Source: Tetramitus jugosus (Eukaryota > Protista > Heterolobosea). Taken from it: DNA of 64,000 nt. The notes below the pieces were generated by a model, which was not told where the DNA came from, ran no database searches, and saw nothing but the letters and a program-made list of their open reading frames with translations. The position numbers were made by a program, and so were the translations under genes. Shown here in pieces: positions 57,976-64,000 of the stretch (positions within the stretch are counted from its first letter, which is position 1; the number at the start of each line of letters is the position of its first letter). Location: assembly GCA_937625935.1 (NCBI GenBank), contig OW569392.1, forward strand, positions 124,001 through 188,000, in the 5' to 3' direction.

Positions 57976-58596
57976 CCTCACTCGAGTGTCAGATGGCAGC
58001 AAAGAAGTAGGCAAAAAATCCTCCATCATTTGTTAACGACAACTAAAGAAGCATGAGTCTGTAACCGCTTTTTGTGATCGGATTAACTCTTCAACAGCTC
58101 AGGTTACCGAACTTTTATCGTAGTTGTCCTGCTATCACACTCCAACGACAACAAACAATAGAAAACAGGCTATTCACAGTAACAACAATTTGGAAGAATG
58201 GATATAGAAGATATTCATGACCAGTGTGCTACAGGGTGCAAATACAATGTCCTCAAGAGTATGGTACTAAGCAATGTTGAGGAACGCAACTCCGAGCTTG
58301 AAAAACAAATAATGATAAAAGAGTGTCTCCTCACTCACTTGTCGAGTAGCTTTCGTCAAGTTAAGGACCAACAACTTCTTGAAGAAGAAAAGAGATGACA
58401 AGAGAGAGAAGAGTGGAAGAAGGTGATTCTTGATGAAGCAGTGGCCAGAGAGTGTAAAGACCTTAGAGAAGAAAAAAAGAAATTGCATGAAGAGGTTCAA
58501 AGATTGAACAACAACAAAAAGCTGAACAAAAGATGTCATTCTTTATCGCACCAGGAGCACATGATAGACGTATCATGGGGACGAGTTTCGGAACTG

Positions 58597-60001
58597 TTTT
58601 TTTTTTTTTTTTTTTTTAATACAACAAATGGTGCTCACGCACCACGTTGCGGAACTTTTATTTTTCTTTTGCGTGAGAGCAGGCTTGCCTGCTCTCAATT
58701 GTCTAACATGATGTGGTGCTTGCCCAGTGGAGTGGCAGGCCTACGCAACAGGATTCATTCTCTTCTTGGAATGTTGTTTTGATCCCTTCTTCAGGGATTC
58801 GTTGCGAGGGCCTCCACTACCATCTGGAGCACCACTGGTGAGGTCAGATGGCTCCGTAGTCCTAGCCAGTTGGTAGGACCTGCGGAGAGCACCTGACTTG
58901 ATACTGGCCAACCTGGCCGGAATCTTGTTGGCAGCAGTGTCACCAACGGTGACACGTGCTGATCGTTTCTTGTGTTCGTTGAGTTGGGGACTCTGTAACT
59001 CACAGTCGGGGTTACTGAGATCCAACTCAACTGGATCTTCTTCGGTGGTTGTGCTTCTTGCACGGTCCACCATGATTGCTCGGGCAGCAATCTCTTTCTT
59101 GACTTTCTTGAACACCTCGGAGGTGTTCAATACTAGCTCGAGGATTGCTCTGTTACGAGCATCCTCATCAATGGTGTTGTTGGTTGGCTCTTGGGTGACC
59201 GTAGTTGGAGTGGCGGGATGGGACTCCGGCATGATCGACTCCCAATCATCGGTCGTAGACGGAGTCGAAGGTTCGAATTCGGAGATTCGCTCCGGCGTCC
59301 TTGGAGACGGGGATGCGAGGGGAATCCGGTTGACGGAAGCCATATCTTTTAACACACTGACTTGGTGGCGCAGGTCGTCCACCACAGCCAGTAGCTCTTG
59401 GTACATCTTGGTCAGCCTCTTGCTGACAGCCTTGACCGGATCACGTGGGCGTGGAAGGAAGCGCTTTGCTTCCACCTCCACTGGCATGGATTGAACATTC
59501 CGAAGCAAAGCTTCGGCATACGTTTCGGACTCCATCACAACAAAGGCGGTGTCGTGCTTCTTGAGCACGTTCTTGACCTTTGTTGTGCCAAGCATGGCCT
59601 TGATGTCGTCCTCCGTCTTACCTTTGACACCGTGGAGGACGACCTTCTTGGCACAATCTACGTTGTGCTTGAGTGCTGCCTTGCAGCCACTCATCTTCTT
59701 GTTGCGGTTGAAGGATTCAACAAATGGGTAAATGTTGTCATCAACAACAGTTACCCACGCAACAAACCTCTTGGGGCCCTTCTTGATGACTTGGACCCTG
59801 GTGAGCAAATCACCAAAATCCAAGCCAATCTTCTTGGCCAAGGCAGCCTTGGGAGAGTCATCACACTTTCCAGTGATGATGACCTCCTTGCTGCTTGGCG
59901 CAGTTCCTCTTGGCGCTGTGGTCCACACAGCATAGCGTGGATTCTCATACTCACGAACAACAGGGGTGTGTGTTCGTTTTTTCATCGGCGTTTTTAAAAA
60001 T
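58597..60001 (-). mobile_element. Non-LTR retroelement, ORF1-only, family A copy 2
   Basis: Poly(T) 58597-58617; TSD acgagtttcggaactg(tt) at 58581-58598 and 60002-60019. Confidence 0.92.
58741..59985 (-). CDS. Retroelement ORF1-like protein, family A
   Basis: Three amino-acid differences from 2040-3284; ATG at 59985. Confidence 0.85.
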   Translation of the reverse strand: MKKRTHTPVVREYENPRYAVWTTAPRGTAPSSKEVIITGKCDDSPKAALAKKIGLDFGDLLTRVQVIKKGPKRFVAWVTVVDDNIYPFVESFNRNKKMSGCKAALKHNVDCAKKVVLHGVKGKTEDDIKAMLGTTKVKNVLKKHDTAFVVMESETYAEALLRNVQSMPVEVEAKRFLPRPRDPVKAVSKRLTKMYQELLAVVDDLRHQVSVLKDMASVNRIPLASPSPRTPERISEFEPSTPSTTDDWESIMPESHPATPTTVTQEPTNNTIDEDARNRAILELVLNTSEVFKKVKKEIAARAIMVDRARSTTTEEDPVELDLSNPDCELQSPQLNEHKKRSARVTVGDTAANKIPARLASIKSGALRRSYQLARTTEPSDLTSGAPDGSGGPRNESLKKGSKQHSKKRMNPVA

Positions 60002-60057
60002 ACGAGTTTCGGAACTGTTAAGGCTATGATTTCACTAACGTATCCATCAAATATCAC

Positions 60058-60128
60058 TCTCCTATGGTCTAGTGGTATGATAGCGGACTTTGAATCCGTT
60101 GACGGTGGTTCGATTCCACCTAGGAGAA
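60058..60128 (+). tRNA. tRNA-Gln(TTG)
   Basis: TCTCCTA/TAGGAGA acceptor stem, GCGGA-CTTTGAA-TCCGT anticodon arm, GGTTCGATTCC T-arm, run of 7 T terminator. Confidence 0.93.
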
Positions 60129-60935
60129 CTTTTTTTGGGCGTGGGAGAAGTTGTTGTGCACGAGTTTGGCATTGGTCTCAATGAAGGACGGAATCCTTTG
60201 AACGATGTCACAGCTTTCGAGTGCTAAAAAGGATTGACAAGAAGCACAGGGTGTTAAGTAAGCCACTGCAGAGATCAAAAAGAAGCGTACGCGATTCCAT
60301 ATTGACGTGTTCCTCGACGTGCAGAGTATTGTTACGGACGAGCAAGTCGTTTACAAAAATCCAATACTTGGCCTCCTCTAAGCTAATGGCAGAACCAATC
60401 AACAGAAACAAAAGGTAACTCATTTGTGTTTTGTTAGAGCTTGATCTATTTTGTGAGACGGTACTATTCAGCTCATCATTAATATCATTTTAATAGCTGT
60501 GAATGCTGTTCTCTTTTGTCAGTGGTTCTTGGTCGCTCCACCTCCCGTATCCTCAGCACCATCAAGCAACAACCATCTACTCCTTTCTTCTGCTGAGGTT
60601 GTGCCAAAATCGAGAGAAAGATTCGTTAACGTATCGAGGACAAGATCCCAATCGATTCTATGCCGTGTTTGATCCTGTTGTGAGTTGTCGAGGATGTTTT
60701 GCATAGAATGAACTGTGATATGACTGTTATCATAGTGACTCGAAAAACCAATTCTCATCCAACTGGATTTAATCCAGTGAAAAGAATAAGTGTGTCTTTC
60801 AATCGACCTGGTCTGGTGCCAGTTTAGCCAAGATGAAAGAGTGTACTGCGTAGAAGGAGTTGTTACATAGTGTGAGAAGAATAAGAGTTATGTTAAGCAT
60901 AGATTCTTTATACAAGAACATCAAGCAAATGTTGC

Positions 60936-61244
60936 CTAGTTGGTAGGCTCTTGTTGCTGGCTCTTGCTGGTTGAGACTTTGCAGGGGATACGAATGGTCT
61001 TTCCTGTCTTTGGATCTCTTCTCAGGCAATTAAAACCGCTTTGTGCATATCCACCAGGACACTTGCACACCTTCCATGTGCAGGGTTTGGCAAAAACTTG
61101 ACCTTGTGCCTTCTTCACACATTGAACTTTTCCTTGATAAGTTTGTGGAGAATATCCTTGAGGACAAACACACCTTTGAGGGGGAGCTTGGAGCGTATAG
61201 ACGACCGCCAATAAAACGAGAAGCAAGACTAAAATGAATTTCAT
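60936..61244 (-). CDS. Small secreted Cys-rich protein
   Basis: Signal peptide MKFILVLLL...; two CxCPxGY..C..PC units. Confidence 0.7.
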   Translation of the reverse strand: MKFILVLLLVLLAVVYTLQAPPQRCVCPQGYSPQTYQGKVQCVKKAQGQVFAKPCTWKVCKCPGGYAQSGFNCLRRDPKTGKTIRIPCKVSTSKSQQQEPTN

Positions 61245-61519
61245 TGTTGTTTTTTGATGTTCTGATTGTTGGCCCAATCAAGTCGGTAGAAATACGGTAG
61301 GCGTCAACGCTGGAATGTCACCAGCCTGTCCGTCAACTTCGTTGCCCGACGAGTAAATCTTCCAAGGCCAAGATAGAACCCACATGCGCTGGATATGATA
61401 TGGAAGAACCAAAAAGACCTATTCAGATTTCAACACTGTTGAAGGCAGTAGATAATGCATTTCCAATTCATAACAGTCCCATGCATCTTTCAACCAGCTG
61501 ACTATCAGAAATTTTGTTT

Positions 61520-62089
61520 TCAGCGGGGTGGATATCCTTCCCATTCAAGAGCGATGTTTTCTTTGTTTTTGTTCTGGTCATGGTATCTTTTCATTACTCG
61601 CTTCCGTAATTCTTCTTCAGACATGTCCAGCAACATTCTTCTCCTTTCCATATCTTCAGGACTCACATCGTGAGCTTCCATTTCAATCTCTGAGATTTTT
61701 CTCTCAAACAACAGGCTGTCACTCAGCATGCTGTCCTCCATCATGTCTTCATCCATATCAATATCAGTTGTCCTCCGTCGATTCTTCTTCATTGCCCCAT
61801 TTCCTCCTCGAGGGAGAAACATATCATACGGAAGAGCCATAACTCTTGCATCTGGATTCATCTTGAGCATCCGAATGTATTCTCTTTTACTTTCACTGTC
61901 ATCTGTCACTGTCGTAGGGACGGACAAATAGGAATTCTCACTCCTTGAAGTAGGTCTCTGTTTTTCTAAATCCATGGATCGAGAGTAGGAACTATGATCA
62001 TCACCCTCATCAGACTTGCTCCCACGACCCCAGATCATTGATGATGCAAGAGAAAGGGAAGCATTCAGGAGTGGAGAAAACAAGATCAT
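61520..62089 (-). CDS. Hypothetical protein
   Basis: ~189-aa ORF from the ATG at 62089; no recognisable domain. Confidence 0.5.
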   Translation of the reverse strand: MILFSPLLNASLSLASSMIWGRGSKSDEGDDHSSYSRSMDLEKQRPTSRSENSYLSVPTTVTDDSESKREYIRMLKMNPDARVMALPYDMFLPRGGNGAMKKNRRRTTDIDMDEDMMEDSMLSDSLLFERKISEIEMEAHDVSPEDMERRRMLLDMSEEELRKRVMKRYHDQNKNKENIALEWEGYPPR

Positions 62090-62288
62090 TCTTGTGTTGT
62101 TGTTTGCGTCGTCAGTCAACGAGAGGAGAAGACAATTGTGTGATTTGTTTTTGAACTAGTTGATTTTTATTGTCTGACGACATAAATAAAGCCAAGGGTG
62201 TCGTCTTTTATCCCAAGACATAGTTCCTAATAATTATTAAGTAATTTGTGTGTTTGGATTGATTGGGTTGGTAATTTGATGTGTGAGC

Positions 62289-63890
62289 CTAGCACTTTTG
62301 TTGCTGAGTCGTATCAGCATAAGTGCACAATGAGTAAACCTTGAAACCAGTGTTGATGGTCAAGAAGGAGCTATCACCACTATCCATCTCGACACCACCA
62401 TCCATAGGTACTTCGCCAAATGTATTCACAGGAGATTTCGACAAAACGTCATTAATGTTCCACAGCTTAACAGTACGATCATATGATCCACTGGCAACAA
62501 CGTTTGGTGCATAAGGAACAAGACACTTGACAGCATTCGAGTGACCATAGAGTGTTGACATGCATGACCATGAACCTCCACGAATTGAAGTAGATCTGTA
62601 ATCCCATAACTTGATAGTTTGATCCTTTGATCCACTCACAAGGACGTTATTGGAATAACATAAACTTAAGACTCCACTTTGATGTGCCTTTACACTCTTC
62701 GAAAGGCCAGTATTTCCAGCAGCGGATTGACTGATAGGTGCTCTCATATCATATGCCTTAATAACACCGTCGTAGGTACCGCAGTACAATAAGCCTTGCT
62801 CTGCGTGATAATACAGAGACAAAACAAATGATGTGTTCTCATACTTCAACAAGCATTTGCCCTTCTCTACGTCCCACATGCGCACAGAGCGATCACCACT
62901 ACCACTGAACAAGAATTGATCATTGGTGGAGCAGAGAACATTGATCCAATCAGTGTGACCGTTCAATGTCTTGACACATGTTTGCTTGTTCAGATCCCAG
63001 ATACGAATCTTGTGGTTGGTTGGTCCGTCTTTGGAACCACTGACCAAGTTTCTTCCGTGAGTGCACAAGGCACCAACCTTGCCCTCACATCCGTGCAAAA
63101 TAGCCTTGCAATCACCAGTTTCAAAGTCCCAGAGACGAATACTTGTATCGCCGGAACCACTGCAAATATATCCCTCTTGGGAGTGGAGAGCACTGACAAA
63201 GCGAGTGTGTCCCTTGAGTGACAGAGTACACACATCCTCCTCCAAATAAATATTGGTTCCAGTAGTGGAGTTTTGAATTGCAGAGTCAGTGTCCCAAACT
63301 TTGATACTTCCAACACCACCGCCAGCCAAGAGGAACAATCGACCATTGCTGCAGCTGCTACCGACCTCTACAGACGGCTTCAAAGGAGAAACAATGGCAT
63401 TGGAAGACGCAGCAGCAGCAACAGAAGGAGCAGAGTTGCTACCGTTGTTGCCAGTATTGCTGGCTGACAATTTGTTCATTGTTGGTGGAGTGTTGATGGT
63501 GATATTGGGAATAGTAGTGGAGGAGCCCATGGGTCCACCACCACTGCTACCACCAGCATTAGGATTCATCATCATGCCCATCATTGGTGAATGATGTTGG
63601 TTGTTGAGCATCTTATTGTTGTTCCTAGGTGAAATTTGATTTTCATGAGTGATACCAACAATGGATGAATAACCTCCGGAAGAAGGCTTCATCATGCTCG
63701 ACATGGACGCTCCTACAGAGTGGAATCCAGTACCTTCAACAGATGTTGGACTTCCGGCTCTGCTGCTGTGATTGCTGCGTGGTGGAGAAATTGTCTTATC
63801 ACAATTGTTCATGATGGAACCAATGTGCAACTCGTGAGTACCGACAAGAGAAGGACCCAACATCATTCCACCACCTCCCAATCCATTCAT
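62289..63890 (-). CDS. WD40-repeat protein with a low-complexity N-terminus
   Basis: Repeated GH...SGSxDxxIxxW motifs. Confidence 0.85.
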   Translation of the reverse strand: MNGLGGGGMMLGPSLVGTHELHIGSIMNNCDKTISPPRSNHSSRAGSPTSVEGTGFHSVGASMSSMMKPSSGGYSSIVGITHENQISPRNNNKMLNNQHHSPMMGMMMNPNAGGSSGGGPMGSSTTIPNITINTPPTMNKLSASNTGNNGSNSAPSVAAAASSNAIVSPLKPSVEVGSSCSNGRLFLLAGGGVGSIKVWDTDSAIQNSTTGTNIYLEEDVCTLSLKGHTRFVSALHSQEGYICSGSGDTSIRLWDFETGDCKAILHGCEGKVGALCTHGRNLVSGSKDGPTNHKIRIWDLNKQTCVKTLNGHTDWINVLCSTNDQFLFSGSGDRSVRMWDVEKGKCLLKYENTSFVLSLYYHAEQGLLYCGTYDGVIKAYDMRAPISQSAAGNTGLSKSVKAHQSGVLSLCYSNNVLVSGSKDQTIKLWDYRSTSIRGGSWSCMSTLYGHSNAVKCLVPYAPNVVASGSYDRTVKLWNINDVLSKSPVNTFGEVPMDGGVEMDSGDSSFLTINTGFKVYSLCTYADTTQQQKC

Positions 63891-64000
63891 ACTCTGGTTT
63901 GAAAATTGTTGTTGATGGTGAGAGAGATGGTGATGAGAGAGGTGATGATTATGATGGTGATGAGAGAGAGGTAGAGAGTGTGAAATGAGGTGTTGCTGAT

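Noticed and set aside
58198-58580. Coiled-coil ORF fragments beside element A2
   Set aside because: Short and interrupted, with no recognisable homology; cannot be called.
59986-60057. 24-aa N-terminal extension of the ORF1 copy given in the ORF track (58741-60057)
   Set aside because: It runs through the TSD and tRNA flank from a non-ATG start; the copy at 2040-3284 defines the real ATG at 59985.
61418-61522. Selenocysteine read-through of the TGA ending ORF 61520-62089
   Set aside because: Only ~33 further codons, no redox motif and no recognisable SECIS.

Overview
Gene-dense, intron-poor eukaryotic genomic DNA, most likely from a heterolobosean (Naegleria-relative) amoeba or amoeboflagellate. 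This rests on the heterolobosean-type actin N-terminus (...SIIGRxKQKSI...), short GTATGT..AG introns and ciliary genes (PF20/SPAG16, Rib72/EFHC1, BBIP1). It holds about 25 protein genes, including a ~4750-aa RNF213/mysterin-like E3, plus three tRNA genes, an inverted pair of 5S rRNA genes and several pseudogenes. The standout signal is a tRNA-gene-targeting non-LTR retrotransposon system. All three tRNA genes (Ser-AGA, Ile-AAT, Gln-TTG) have poly(A)-tailed, TSD-flanked elements inserted 28-41 bp upstream, always with the 5' end facing the tRNA, and at two loci these are stacked as nested serial insertions. The intact copies encode only an ORF1-like protein (two RRM-like folds plus a coiled coil) that appears to be under purifying selection. 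A putative RT-bearing ORF2 is seen only as remnants. This parallels Dictyostelium TRE5-A, in a lineage where I know of no such element.
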